From IMG/VR virus record IMGVR_UViG_3300035686_000003, positions 32,001 through 96,000 of that record: a stretch of DNA of 64,000 bases; one strand, given 5' to 3'. Within the stretch, counting starts at the first letter, position 1. Each line of letters begins with the position of its first letter. This document shows, one piece after another, positions 38,983 through 49,434 of this stretch. The DNA is from a virus (Duplodnaviria > Caudoviricetes). Under the pieces are notes generated by a model, which was given only the letters and a program-made list of their open reading frames with translations, made no database searches and was not told the origin of the DNA. A program made the position numbers and the translations under genes.

Positions 38983-39834
38983 ATGCCAAGTACATCGTTT
39001 ATTGACGGAAACGGACAACTTAAGCATCGTTCAGTTATAGGAGCAGGAACAACAGAAGATCCTTTTGTTTCTGTAGTTAGCGATAACGCTGGAGCAACAG
39101 GAGTTGGCGGTATCACCGATATTCCAGCAACGACACCAGCAGCACCAGGCTCATTAATAAGTTTAATCAAAGGTTTTTGGACTACATTTGGATTAATTTC
39201 AGAAGCTGCTGATACCACTGGCTCACTAATGCAACGCATTCGTGGCATGGGGGATCGGATGGGTAGTTATGGTGATATTGCGAGTCCCACTGGTTCTATC
39301 ATGGGGCAATTACGTTATATCGCAGAAAGCAGACTTATTCCCAAGCCAACTTTAGGTCAGTATTACGCAAGCTTTGCAGGAGGCAACAGAAGTTACAATG
39401 CAACGGCAGGGGTTGTTTCTGTAACTTCTTCAGGAGGCAATGTCTGTGTTTTTGTTAATCCTACTGGGTCAGGGGTTGACTTGTATATTCAGCGCATTGT
39501 ACTTTCATCGGATCAACCTGGTAGATATGAGCGATATCGTCAGGGGACATTGGGTACAGCAGGAACAGCAGCAACTAATGTTAACAGAGGCGGCAATGGT
39601 ACTCCTGGACTTGCAAAACTTTATAACCCAGCACAGATAACTGCAACGGGCGGAAGCCTTGGAATGATAACCTACGTTCCTGCTTCTGCCACTTCAGCTG
39701 ATCCGGTAGATGGCACCCTGATACTACGACCAGGACAAAATTACTATTGGCGGTACATTCCCAACCCTGGAGTATCTGGAAGTTCTAACTGTGCGGTCGA
39801 AGTTGTTTGGTGGGAGCTACCATTGCAAGCTTAA
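38983..39834 (+). CDS. Putative tail fibre / receptor-binding protein
   Basis: Gly/Thr-rich, GAGTTEDPF N-terminus, GSL/GSI repeats, beta-rich C-terminus; follows J. Confidence 0.55.
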   Translation: MPSTSFIDGNGQLKHRSVIGAGTTEDPFVSVVSDNAGATGVGGITDIPATTPAAPGSLISLIKGFWTTFGLISEAADTTGSLMQRIRGMGDRMGSYGDIASPTGSIMGQLRYIAESRLIPKPTLGQYYASFAGGNRSYNATAGVVSVTSSGGNVCVFVNPTGSGVDLYIQRIVLSSDQPGRYERYRQGTLGTAGTAATNVNRGGNGTPGLAKLYNPAQITATGGSLGMITYVPASATSADPVDGTLILRPGQNYYWRYIPNPGVSGSSNCAVEVVWWELPLQA

Positions 39835-40232
39835 GGAGCTTTAGTTAACGAGCGCCTCAACCATTTAATCAATCGCCAGCACTGAATCAAGCCATAGTTT
39901 AACCGACAAATCTGGTTTGCACAACTCTGAAGAATTGTAGGGAACACCTCCTGCTCAGACACTCTTCCTTTCCCATGACTGAGGACATTGTGGAACCAAT
40001 AAGCATGAGTATCACGACTTACTGGCGCAATGTGCCAGAAGATCTCTTCGTGCCCTCGTGATTCATAGGCTTCCCTATTCATGTGGTGCATTGAGTAAGG
40101 GTAGTAACGCCCACCTACGTAACCAATACGCTTCCACGGTAGCAACAGATCACGATTGTCACATTTGTTTAGCCAAGTAGCGTGGCGGTTACGCCATTCG
40201 TTTGACTGTAGATACACCCTGTAGTTGCTCAT
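39831..40232 (-). CDS. Degenerate HNH-like protein
   Basis: YRVYLQSNEWR...MHH...Y...GHE...PVSRDTH pattern. Confidence 0.55.
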   Translation of the reverse strand: MSNYRVYLQSNEWRNRHATWLNKCDNRDLLLPWKRIGYVGGRYYPYSMHHMNREAYESRGHEEIFWHIAPVSRDTHAYWFHNVLSHGKGRVSEQEVFPTILQSCANQICRLNYGLIQCWRLIKWLRRSLTKAP

Positions 40233-40235
40233 GGG

Positions 40236-43200
40236 TTATAGAACCTCTCTCAAAAATGCAGTGTACTCTTCGTCTTCTAACTTTAAACCAAAGACCCCTA
40301 CGAAAGTCAATGATTCATCGATAATGTTGCCATAGTCTTCAACCACTTGATCGTGCAACAAACACTTCATAGATGTCCCTGCGTGATCTTCTACCCTGCA
40401 AAGTTGGTAAAGTTTGCCAGTTTTTGCAGTTTTAGGCTTCTCCCTTTCAACAATAGTGCAAGCAACGGTGAAAGAGTCCTTGAACTTGGGAATGTACAAC
40501 TCTTCCTCAGAATCTTCGTCAGGCATAACTGGGAAGAGATCCTGCTGCTCCAAATCGTCAAGGGGATTGCCACTTATAAAGAACCCGATAGCATCTTGTT
40601 CCTGCCTTAATTTTTCTTCAAAGGTAAAGTCTTCATCCATCTCAGGTAAGGTAAAAACGAATTGCTCCTTGACTTCCAAAAGCTCTAACTGTTTCTTGCG
40701 AATAAAGTTTACATGCTCCTGCTTTGTTTTCTTCAACGGGCTGTAAGCTTGTTCGTAAGCATCTAGAGCCTCTAAGGTGGGTTCTATTTTTAGCTTTTCG
40801 TATCTCTTGGCTAGAGACTCTTGGATTCTTGCTATTCTCTCTGGCAACTTTAGCAGATTGGCTTTCCATTCTTTCAGCAAAGGGATAGCTGAAATTAGTT
40901 GTTTACGATTGCTGTGAAGGCTATCAAAAGCACCAGAATAGGTCAAAGATTGTAGTCCGGTACTATTAACTCCAGTTCTTTGATAAAAGTCAACGATGTC
41001 GGTAAACTTTTCGGACTCGCGAGCGTCAAGTATGTTTGTGATCGCCACTTCACCTAATCTGTTGATTGTCTTAAAGCCAAAGAGAATGTCATCGCCATTA
41101 GGAGTAAACAACAACTTTGATGTATTAATGTCGGGAGGTAAAATTTTAATCCCCATATCTCGACATTTGTTGAGGTACTTAGATACCTTATCTCGCTTAT
41201 CCTGCCCATCTTGATAAGACATTAAGGCTGACATATATTCAGCACTGTAATGAGCTTTCAGTAACGCACAAGCTAAGCTTTGGTAAGCGTAAGACAAACT
41301 GTGGCTCTTATTGAAGCTATAGCCTGACTGATATTCAATGAACTGAAAGAGTTTTTCGGCAATTTCTTTCGTTTGTCCTTTTGCAATCGCCCCTTGAACG
41401 AACTTCTCTGCCTCTTTTTTAATTTCTTCAGTCTTTTTCTTGCCAATACATCTGCGAAGATTATCTGCTTGTCCCAAGGTGTAATCAGAAATATCTTGAG
41501 CAATTTTCAGAGCTTGTTCTTGATAAACTAAGCAGGCGTAAGTACTAGAAAGGATAGGCTCTAGTTCTGGAATCATATATTCCATCGGTTGCCGCCCATG
41601 TTTACGATTGATAAACAAAGGCACTTCTCCAGCATCTAAAGCGCCCGGACGAAACAAAGCGTTCGCACCAGATAAATCTTCAATGTTGTCAGGCTTAAGG
41701 TCTTTGAGCATAGCCTTCATACCTGAAGATTCAAACTGAAATATGCCATCTGTTTCTCCGGTGCGATAGAGATCGTAAACCTTGTCATCTTCCAGCAAGT
41801 CAAGCCTTTCCATATCAGGAATTTGACCTCTGTTTTCCTTAATCATGTCAAGCGCCTTCTTGACAATCGTTAGGTTCTTAAGACCGAGGAAGTCCATCTT
41901 GATAAAGCCCATCTTCTCAATTTGATTCATATCGTATTGAGTACAGACTCCATCTTCCTTGGTCTTCATCAAGGGCACCCACTCACTCAACGGAGTATCG
42001 GAAATAACAATTCCTGCTGCATGAGTTCCATAGGTCTTGACATTTCCTTCTAGATTCATCGCAATGTCAATCCAGTTTTTAAACTCTGGCTCCTTGCGAT
42101 ATCTATCACGAAACTCTAGGCTAGGTGAGTCTTCGGCAATCATATTCTTTAGCTTCTCAGGATTGCCACGACGAACAGGTATTAGTTTGGCAGTTAGCTT
42201 TGAATCCGCAATCGGTAAGTCTAAAACTCTTGCTACTTCTTTTACAACAGCCTTAGAAGTAAGGCGATTATAGGTTCCAATCTGAGCAACTTTGTCACGT
42301 CCGTACTTTGTTATCACGTAGTCAACGACTTCGCCACGCCGCTCCTGACAAAAGTCACTGTCAATATCAGGCATGGACTTTCGTTCAGGGTTTAAGAATC
42401 TCTCAAAAAGTAACCCATGATAAACAGGATCGATGTTCGTGATTTCAAGAGCATAGCAAACCAAAGAGCCAGCAGCAGAACCACGACCCGCTCCAGTAGG
42501 AATGTCTTGTGACTTCGCAAAAGCTATACAATCGTGAACAAACAAGAAGTAAGATTCAAACCCCTTCTGGTGCAGAACATCTAGTTCATAGTTAAGACGC
42601 TCCCTATAGACTTCAACAAGTTCTTGGTTCCAGTTTTTGATTTTTCCTTGAGCCGCTAACCGACCAATGACTTCTAGACGCTTCTCCAATCCCTCCTCAG
42701 CTAAAGTACGCAAATGCGCCTCAGCAGTTACTCCAGTAGGCAGGGGAAACTCTGGTGCTGTTGGTGAGCGATACAATTCGTAATGTTGTACCTTGTCAGC
42801 TAACTTTACTGTGTTAGTGATCGCAGAATCCAGAATCTTGTCCCTTTCATCGGGGGTCAGGTAGGTGAAACGAGACTTTAGATCTGTTCCATCAGCCAAA
42901 AACAAGTCTCTGTCATAATGAAACTTTTCTTGGTCAAGTTCACTCAGCTTCTTCCCATACTTGATGCAATAAAGGACTTGGTGAAACTCGTAGTCACAAG
43001 CATTGAGGTAATGTGTGTCAGGTGTCACCACGAACTCAATGCCTAGCTCTCTCCCCAGCTTGATCAAACCTCGATTGAGTCGAGAATAGATCTTCTGGGA
43101 ATCATGACTTTGAAGTTCAATGTAATAATCTTCACCAAACACTTCCTTGTATTCAGACGCAATCTTCCGTGCTTCCTCGTACTCATCATGAATGATCAAC

Positions 43201-44651
43201 TGCGGCACAAGTGAGCCTATGCAACCACTGGTTACGATTAACCCTTCGGAAAATTCCTTGAGTTTCTCAAAAGTGATGAGGGGATACGCCTTCCCCTTGC
43301 CCCCTGCTGCCTTCTTATTGTGCAACTCAGACCAAGTGGTTAACCGAGAGAGGTTTTTGTAGCCTTCGAGAGTTTTGGCTAGCACAATCTGATGGAAGCG
43401 ATTCCCAGGCTTGTAGTCACCAGTCAATCCATCAAGGGGCTTGGTGGCTAACAATGCTGATAGAGGATGCTCCAAGTACATCTCATTGCCGATGATTGGC
43501 TTGATACCAAATTGCTTGCAAGCTTCGTAGAGATCCAAAGAACCCATCATTGTTCCGTGGTCTGTCAGGGCGATCGCAGGACTACCCTGCTGTATTGCCT
43601 TCTCAACTAAATCTTTGACCTTTGCCGAACCATCGCTATAGTGACTGTGGCAGTGCAATGGCACGAACGGTACGGTAGATGCACTGGTAACCTTATCTTC
43701 CTGAACCTCTGTTATCGTCGGGATCTCTGTACATACCTCAATCTCCTCTAAGGTTTGCTTTGGTTCTTCTAGTGTAACAATTGACTCTTGGGAAGTACCG
43801 AAAGCCATAAACTCCTCTGGTAGTTTAATATTGCTTGGCAAGACACCCTGAAACCATAATGGCGCTATCTCTTCAATGCTGTATCCAGCTAGCGAACATC
43901 CCAACTTCGTGACAAGAAACTCTTTATCAGGATTTGCTGAGGCGAACTCAAACAGCTCTGAAATCTGGGAGCGTATGTACTCTAGCGGTATCGACCGTTC
44001 ACCTTTAGTTAAGTCTTTTGTGACAATAGCGTATGTTTGCCCCTGAAGCCCTTTTGCCTGACCATAGTTTGCTCCAAATGCCATAGCTGCTTTAGCTGCA
44101 CCTTTGCCATGCCTGCCTTCGGTATTAGAACCGAACACAAAGATTTGGTGAGGAAGCAATGACGTGATATGGTCAGGAGTTACGGTAACAGTCTCCAAAC
44201 CTACTTGCTCAACACGATGATTTATCTGGTATCTCTGTCCACTGATAGAAAACCCCTTTGACAACCACTGCTCAACGCACCACTCCCACGAGTGATCGTA
44301 GTCTCCATCAGGCACCAACAGATTGAAAATGTAGTTATCTTGGCGAGAGTTGATTTCCTTGATAAGTTTGATTAGCTCTGGTCGTTTTTCGATGAGAGTA
44401 GGACGCACGGCATCCTTGAAAGCCTCCCAATCAGCATCAGTCTTGCTTGACTTTTCCCACGCATCTCGTGGTTCTTGCGGGCAGAACAATTCTTTGAGTT
44501 CGATAATTCTGATGTTCGAGCTTCCTGTAGGAAACAATACCCAATATTGCCCTACCGTGCCCCAAGTTCCCTCATTGCTGTACCTTACGATTCTAAGAAC
44601 CATATCGTTCCGATTCCTCCCTGTCATCACAACAATTGTAGCATACTCCAC
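40236..44651 (-). CDS. dnaE: DNA polymerase III alpha subunit with a ~320-aa N-terminal extension
   Basis: PHP domain HCHSHYSDG, ALTDHG; GRGSAAGSLV; FERFLNPERKSMPDIDSDF; HAAG; KMDFLGL; FNKSH. Confidence 0.95.
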   Translation of the reverse strand: MEYATIVVMTGRNRNDMVLRIVRYSNEGTWGTVGQYWVLFPTGSSNIRIIELKELFCPQEPRDAWEKSSKTDADWEAFKDAVRPTLIEKRPELIKLIKEINSRQDNYIFNLLVPDGDYDHSWEWCVEQWLSKGFSISGQRYQINHRVEQVGLETVTVTPDHITSLLPHQIFVFGSNTEGRHGKGAAKAAMAFGANYGQAKGLQGQTYAIVTKDLTKGERSIPLEYIRSQISELFEFASANPDKEFLVTKLGCSLAGYSIEEIAPLWFQGVLPSNIKLPEEFMAFGTSQESIVTLEEPKQTLEEIEVCTEIPTITEVQEDKVTSASTVPFVPLHCHSHYSDGSAKVKDLVEKAIQQGSPAIALTDHGTMMGSLDLYEACKQFGIKPIIGNEMYLEHPLSALLATKPLDGLTGDYKPGNRFHQIVLAKTLEGYKNLSRLTTWSELHNKKAAGGKGKAYPLITFEKLKEFSEGLIVTSGCIGSLVPQLIIHDEYEEARKIASEYKEVFGEDYYIELQSHDSQKIYSRLNRGLIKLGRELGIEFVVTPDTHYLNACDYEFHQVLYCIKYGKKLSELDQEKFHYDRDLFLADGTDLKSRFTYLTPDERDKILDSAITNTVKLADKVQHYELYRSPTAPEFPLPTGVTAEAHLRTLAEEGLEKRLEVIGRLAAQGKIKNWNQELVEVYRERLNYELDVLHQKGFESYFLFVHDCIAFAKSQDIPTGAGRGSAAGSLVCYALEITNIDPVYHGLLFERFLNPERKSMPDIDSDFCQERRGEVVDYVITKYGRDKVAQIGTYNRLTSKAVVKEVARVLDLPIADSKLTAKLIPVRRGNPEKLKNMIAEDSPSLEFRDRYRKEPEFKNWIDIAMNLEGNVKTYGTHAAGIVISDTPLSEWVPLMKTKEDGVCTQYDMNQIEKMGFIKMDFLGLKNLTIVKKALDMIKENRGQIPDMERLDLLEDDKVYDLYRTGETDGIFQFESSGMKAMLKDLKPDNIEDLSGANALFRPGALDAGEVPLFINRKHGRQPMEYMIPELEPILSSTYACLVYQEQALKIAQDISDYTLGQADNLRRCIGKKKTEEIKKEAEKFVQGAIAKGQTKEIAEKLFQFIEYQSGYSFNKSHSLSYAYQSLACALLKAHYSAEYMSALMSYQDGQDKRDKVSKYLNKCRDMGIKILPPDINTSKLLFTPNGDDILFGFKTINRLGEVAITNILDARESEKFTDIVDFYQRTGVNSTGLQSLTYSGAFDSLHSNRKQLISAIPLLKEWKANLLKLPERIARIQESLAKRYEKLKIEPTLEALDAYEQAYSPLKKTKQEHVNFIRKKQLELLEVKEQFVFTLPEMDEDFTFEEKLRQEQDAIGFFISGNPLDDLEQQDLFPVMPDEDSEEELYIPKFKDSFTVACTIVEREKPKTAKTGKLYQLCRVEDHAGTSMKCLLHDQVVEDYGNIIDESLTFVGVFGLKLEDEEYTAFLREVL

Positions 44652-44661
44652 TCACCCACAG

Positions 44662-44693
44662 AAAAGCAAGGGCAAGCTTTCGCCTACCCTTGC
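44662..44693 (-). terminator. Intrinsic terminator just upstream of dnaE
   Basis: GCAAGGGTAGGC GAAA GCTTGCCCTTGC TTTT. Confidence 0.6.
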
Positions 44694-44712
44694 CTACGGT
44701 TGTATTCAGTTG

Positions 44713-45303
44713 TTAGGCGGTAGGCGCAACCCAATGTAGCTCGGTAGTGTTTTCCTTCAGACCTTCATAGCGGTTCAGGGAGTACAGGTAGTCACTGAGA
44801 GCATTGAACTCGCGAGCTGTGATTTTGATTGAGTCATTGTACTCATCAACACATTCTCCGTAAAGTTTGTCGATCACAACCCAGAGCAAGTGTTCGACTT
44901 TGCGGGAACGCACCCGAACATAATCTAGTGCCAACGAGCGATTAGTCTCTGGTATCACAAAGTCTTTGGCGGGTGCAATTTGGTCAGCGATCGCCTGCAA
45001 CCGTTCCTCTAATGCGTCCACATGAGAACTTTGGCTAGCGAACTCGATGTTATTGAACTTGAAGTAGACAAGTGCCGAAAGGTTGTTGAGATTCAACTTG
45101 TAGTAGTTGAACAGTTCAATGTCTTCTGCTGCCAATGCCTGTCCATAGTTGAACAAATATGAGCTAAAGTCATTGCGAAGGAACTCGATCTCATTTTGGA
45201 GGTTGCACAGCTGGTGGCTTTTTCGGATTGTCCAACCAGAGATGAGGTTAGATGTGCCTTTGTCGCCTTTCGCTGTCCGTCCGTTAGGTTGTATTCGTGC
45301 CAC
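44713..45303 (-). CDS. pduO: ATP:cob(I)alamin adenosyltransferase (PduO type)
   Basis: RTAKGDKGTSNL, FVIP, LDYVRVRSRKVE, FNALSDYLY; GTG 45303 follows GGAGG. Confidence 0.8.
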   Translation of the reverse strand: MARIQPNGRTAKGDKGTSNLISGWTIRKSHQLCNLQNEIEFLRNDFSSYLFNYGQALAAEDIELFNYYKLNLNNLSALVYFKFNNIEFASQSSHVDALEERLQAIADQIAPAKDFVIPETNRSLALDYVRVRSRKVEHLLWVVIDKLYGECVDEYNDSIKITAREFNALSDYLYSLNRYEGLKENTTELHWVAPTA

Positions 45304-45307
45304 GAGT

Positions 45308-48094
45308 TTATTTGCCTCCAATCAAGCATTTGTCTGAATCACAGCCAGTGACACCCTGATCCTTGTTCCACCCACTATCATAACGCTCTAGCAAACTTTG
45401 GAAGTCTTCTGACTTCCTACGGTCTAACACTTGCTGCTGTAATGCGTCGTAGGTTTCCTTTGATATAGGTTCAAAGGGTAAGCGAGGATACGTTTGCTTG
45501 TCATCGAAACGAGCTAGCAATGCACAAGAGATGTAACCTTCATCGTCACGGATTGCATCATGGATAAGAGTGCCAAGTTCTTCGATTTCGTTCTCTCGTA
45601 GCTCAATAGTGCCGGAAGTATTATGCGTGACATAGTGCTTCTGTACCTGCATATAGAAGTCGAATTGGGCAGCAGCACTGAAGCGAGAAATGTCAATTTT
45701 GTCAGCACCAGGAAGATTTGCCCATGACACTTCAACGGGTATCTCTACCAACCACTCTTGCACTCGCGGATCAAATGGATCGTCCAACAGTTTTCCTTCG
45801 TTGTCCTTACATGACTGTGAGGGAACAACTGAATAACCATAGTCCATACAAGTCAATGCGACAGGATCGTGAGCAGTGAAAGTGATGCGACGAATGTATC
45901 GCTGTGCTTTTGGGGGATGCCACCCTGGAGAGGCTCCTGTCAAAAGGCTTTTGGTACCAGAGGGTTGTGTAGTTGTGTAACGATTGGGACGCTTAAGTCC
46001 ATGTTCGTCACAGTAGCTCCAAACGCTATCACGGGCAGCTTCCTTCCAGAGATTTAGGTAACGCTTCTCTAATTCAATGAACAGTGCAGCATCAGCTTCC
46101 AACCAAACAGAATCGTTGTCACCTAGACCTAGCTTTGTTGCCACTAGATCCAAGTTATCTGCTTCCTCTACTGATAAGCCTTCCCAGTTTCGTGATCTTC
46201 CTGTCTTCCACCAACGCAACCAGCCACTGCCAAAAGCTTTGACAAAAAAGTCGAACAATCCAGTGAAAGACACACCAACAATGGGATCTAGCTCTCGTGA
46301 CTTGCGGTATCGCTCATCAATGAACTCATGATGCAGTAGCGCTCCTACTGACAAACCTCCGGTAGCAAATGCGAGCTTTTGTTCTTCAATGTTCAAGGGA
46401 TCGAATTGATTGAGGTGGATCTCTGAGAGGTTGCAAAGTCCATCAGAAAACACAATTTCTCCACAATTTCCGATAAGCAAACCTGATGATAGAGCGAAGG
46501 CGTTAGTACCTTCTACCGTACAGCAGTAAACTTTGTCAGCTATATGAGAGTATTCAATAGAATGAACGGTTGCAGACTTAATGGCATCACCAAACAAACC
46601 TTGGTCATGTATTTGTAATTTGTCGCCAACATTTAAGTCTTTTAGTTGCTTTCTTTCTCCATTTTCAAGAATGAATGTGTGGTACGCAGTAGCTGTAACC
46701 ACATCGCAACAATCTAAATCAACATTGGTCATTAAAACATTAAGTTGAAGATTATAAACAGGCTGGTTCTCTCCTGTCACTCTAAAATTGTCAACTGTTC
46801 TCCAGTTTAAACCATCCCAAACTTCAACAGTTTTTCCAACCAAATCTTCAACATAAGCAAAAGGATTATCTTTAGTCAAAACCATTGTGCCAGCAGCAAG
46901 ACAAGGGTTTAAACCGTAGCGCTGCATTCGATGCTCAAGCTCGTCTGACCGCATACTTAAGTTACTGGTGCGGCTAATTAGGAAGCCTTCTGCTAGATCT
47001 CGATCATTCGGATATAGATACAAGAATTTTTTCTTATCCATCTCTGTCGCCAACAGGTCAGCATTAGCTCTCGCTACAGCTTCTCCCGCCCACTGAATCG
47101 CACCTTCGCCGCTATAGTATTGCGATCGCACTGCATCAACACACTCTTGCAACGATGGTTTGTAGTGGTAGACTCTCGTATGGTTCGACATCCTCAACGC
47201 ATCTCTTTCAGGGTCAATCTTCCAATTACCATCGGAATCCTGAATCCACAAGTTCTCCTTCAGGAGTCGTGCCGTTGAGTCGAATTGTCGCATTCCCGCA
47301 TAACGACGCACGTTACCTGCGACAATAGTCAGCGCTACCTCATCGAGTAACAGACATACTCCTTCAGCGTCCAACTGACGACCAACGTAACGATTGAGTA
47401 CTGCTACTACTCGCTCGTACATCCGGGATAACTGGATGGGGTTTGCTACTCCCCCGAAACCTTTGATTGGTGTTCCATCAGGTCTGACTGATGAGATGTC
47501 AACGTTGATGTTAATTTTGGAAGCTTTCAAGGGTTCAAAGGCTAACTGCAAAATTGTAGTCATTGAGTTGACCCACCCTTGACGAGAGTCGCCAACTACA
47601 ATGTCTACTTCAACATAGTCATGAAGATCTTCATATACCTCAACAGTAGTCTCCTCTAGCCGCACCAAATGCTTTCCTGGTGTCCCTACGACACGCACTT
47701 GCAAACTGTTGCGAACGGGAGGCAGCTTCGATATGTGACGGGATTCTAGTACACCACCTGTGCCGCAACCCATCATCCCAAGAGCCATCATTAGTCCGAA
47801 GCTCTCAATGTCATTGATATTAGTCGAGTTGCAGTTGTAGGCTGAGTAGTAGTTTTCTGGTTTTTTAATCCAATCTGTACCGCCCACCCACATCCACCGA
47901 CCTGATGGAAGGACTTTGATTTCCTTCATCATTGAGTGAACGATAGTCTTCTGTTCTTCAGTGAACTGCCCTAATTCAGCTAGTCCATTCGTAGTGCGAT
48001 CGCAAACCTCAGCATAACTTTCACGACCATTTGCTGTGCGACGGCTGTACGTGCGAAAGAAAGTTGGGCTACCTGTCGGAGATTTAAATTCCAT
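45308..48094 (-). CDS. nrdJ: Class II (adenosylcobalamin-dependent) ribonucleotide reductase with mini-intein
   Basis: FFRTYSR, PSGRWMW.GG, AYNC, VAGNVRR, NP[intein]CGEI, QPSGTKSLL, C-terminal CDSDKC. Confidence 0.95.
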   Translation of the reverse strand: MEFKSPTGSPTFFRTYSRRTANGRESYAEVCDRTTNGLAELGQFTEEQKTIVHSMMKEIKVLPSGRWMWVGGTDWIKKPENYYSAYNCNSTNINDIESFGLMMALGMMGCGTGGVLESRHISKLPPVRNSLQVRVVGTPGKHLVRLEETTVEVYEDLHDYVEVDIVVGDSRQGWVNSMTTILQLAFEPLKASKININVDISSVRPDGTPIKGFGGVANPIQLSRMYERVVAVLNRYVGRQLDAEGVCLLLDEVALTIVAGNVRRYAGMRQFDSTARLLKENLWIQDSDGNWKIDPERDALRMSNHTRVYHYKPSLQECVDAVRSQYYSGEGAIQWAGEAVARANADLLATEMDKKKFLYLYPNDRDLAEGFLISRTSNLSMRSDELEHRMQRYGLNPCLAAGTMVLTKDNPFAYVEDLVGKTVEVWDGLNWRTVDNFRVTGENQPVYNLQLNVLMTNVDLDCCDVVTATAYHTFILENGERKQLKDLNVGDKLQIHDQGLFGDAIKSATVHSIEYSHIADKVYCCTVEGTNAFALSSGLLIGNCGEIVFSDGLCNLSEIHLNQFDPLNIEEQKLAFATGGLSVGALLHHEFIDERYRKSRELDPIVGVSFTGLFDFFVKAFGSGWLRWWKTGRSRNWEGLSVEEADNLDLVATKLGLGDNDSVWLEADAALFIELEKRYLNLWKEAARDSVWSYCDEHGLKRPNRYTTTQPSGTKSLLTGASPGWHPPKAQRYIRRITFTAHDPVALTCMDYGYSVVPSQSCKDNEGKLLDDPFDPRVQEWLVEIPVEVSWANLPGADKIDISRFSAAAQFDFYMQVQKHYVTHNTSGTIELRENEIEELGTLIHDAIRDDEGYISCALLARFDDKQTYPRLPFEPISKETYDALQQQVLDRRKSEDFQSLLERYDSGWNKDQGVTGCDSDKCLIGGK
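46466..46903 (-). mobile_element. Mini-intein (146 aa, no endonuclease) in nrdJ
   Basis: CLAAGT...TAYH...VYCCTV...LIGN|C. Confidence 0.9.
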
Positions 48095-48151
48095 GTTTAG
48101 TCCCAGAATAATGTATTAGTTGTAGTAGAAAGTCTGATGATCGGGAAAGTC

Positions 48152-48877
48152 TTAAGGTGCTAAACGAGCTTTGCCATAACGGTTCTTCTTGTACCAGGCT
48201 GCAACTTCTGGCATCCAAGCTTCAAAGTGAGGAAACATTAACTCACATAACCATTGAATTTCAAGCTGTGCATCCTTCTTGGCTCGGAGATCTAGAAAAT
48301 GCATGAGGGATCGAGCGTTAAACCCAACGACAAAATGTTGGCGAAAGTCAAACGGTAGTGTACCCCTTGCGTGTTCTTCTGCAAGCCCCAACTGAATTCC
48401 CTTAGCGTAATAAGCAAGACTACATTGTAGATACTGCAAATCTTCTGCTCTCATTTGCTCAGTGTAGTCATATTTTTTGCCACTTCGGTCACTATAGCTA
48501 CCAACAGGACGTAAATAGAACAAATCTTCAATGTCAGATTGTTGCTGGTATGCTTCAACAAGTCTCTGTCCAGTATACCTCATGCTCTGACAGTCGAAAG
48601 TTGTTCCAATACGATGTGTTCGTGCTTGTTGCATTACTGAGTGAGGAAAGTATCCTGTTGCAAAAGTAATTTGAGGGTACTCAAGGCAACCATAGTGACC
48701 TCTGTTGCCCTCTAGTAAACTTTTGACAATGAGTTCTCCTGCTTTCTCTTCTGGAGGCGCCTTGCTCACTCGGTAACCCACAAAGTCTTCGCAATAGTCT
48801 TGGTGCATTGCCAACCAAACTAGTTGTTGTGGATTTTGTGTTTGAGAAAGAGTTACCACTTCAAATCGACTGTCCAT
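48152..48877 (-). CDS. thyX: Flavin-dependent thymidylate synthase
   Basis: GHYGCLE, QARTHR...QSMRY, EHARG, NARSLMHFLDLR, AQLEI. Confidence 0.95.
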   Translation of the reverse strand: MDSRFEVVTLSQTQNPQQLVWLAMHQDYCEDFVGYRVSKAPPEEKAGELIVKSLLEGNRGHYGCLEYPQITFATGYFPHSVMQQARTHRIGTTFDCQSMRYTGQRLVEAYQQQSDIEDLFYLRPVGSYSDRSGKKYDYTEQMRAEDLQYLQCSLAYYAKGIQLGLAEEHARGTLPFDFRQHFVVGFNARSLMHFLDLRAKKDAQLEIQWLCELMFPHFEAWMPEVAAWYKKNRYGKARLAP

Positions 48878-48891
48878 TTAAGCAACTTCTG

Positions 48892-49434
48892 TTAACGATT
48901 GTCACCTGAGCCTTTGAGAACACCACGTTCCTTGCGAGAGAACAGCTTCTTGAGGTTGTCTGCTGCAACTGTCGCAAGAGACACACCCAGCCCTGTTGCT
49001 ATCTGAGCTAAGTACCACAAAACATCACCTAGTTCCTTGGTTGCTCCTTCAACATCGTTGTCCATAACCTTTTCTACTAGCTCACCTACTTCATCGGCTA
49101 AACCGAGCAGGGGATAAACTAACTTGGGATTGATGGAAGAGGCTGAATTGTCACCAATCTTGCTTTCAACCAGAAACTTGACGAGTTCGAGTTCGTTCTG
49201 TGCAAGCAGGATAGCTTTTTTAATGCTACTTTCCTTCTCAACAGAAATCTCTCCTTTAGCATCTCGGTAGATTTTCTTAATGTAGCCTGCGATTGTGGCA
49301 GAGACTTGGATTGCATCTAAACTACAATCGGCTAGCTCGCTACTTACTTCAGGAAAGATTGCTGTTGTCTTTGACAAATCTTGGTAGTTGTCAAGGGTTA
49401 ACTGTTGGGCTTGTGGAATTTCTTGGATGTCCAT
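48892..49434 (-). CDS. MazG-like NTP pyrophosphohydrolase
   Basis: LGLADEVGEL...KELGDVLWY...NLKKL.SR.ERGVLKGSGDNR. Confidence 0.85.
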   Translation of the reverse strand: MDIQEIPQAQQLTLDNYQDLSKTTAIFPEVSSELADCSLDAIQVSATIAGYIKKIYRDAKGEISVEKESSIKKAILLAQNELELVKFLVESKIGDNSASSINPKLVYPLLGLADEVGELVEKVMDNDVEGATKELGDVLWYLAQIATGLGVSLATVAADNLKKLFSRKERGVLKGSGDNR

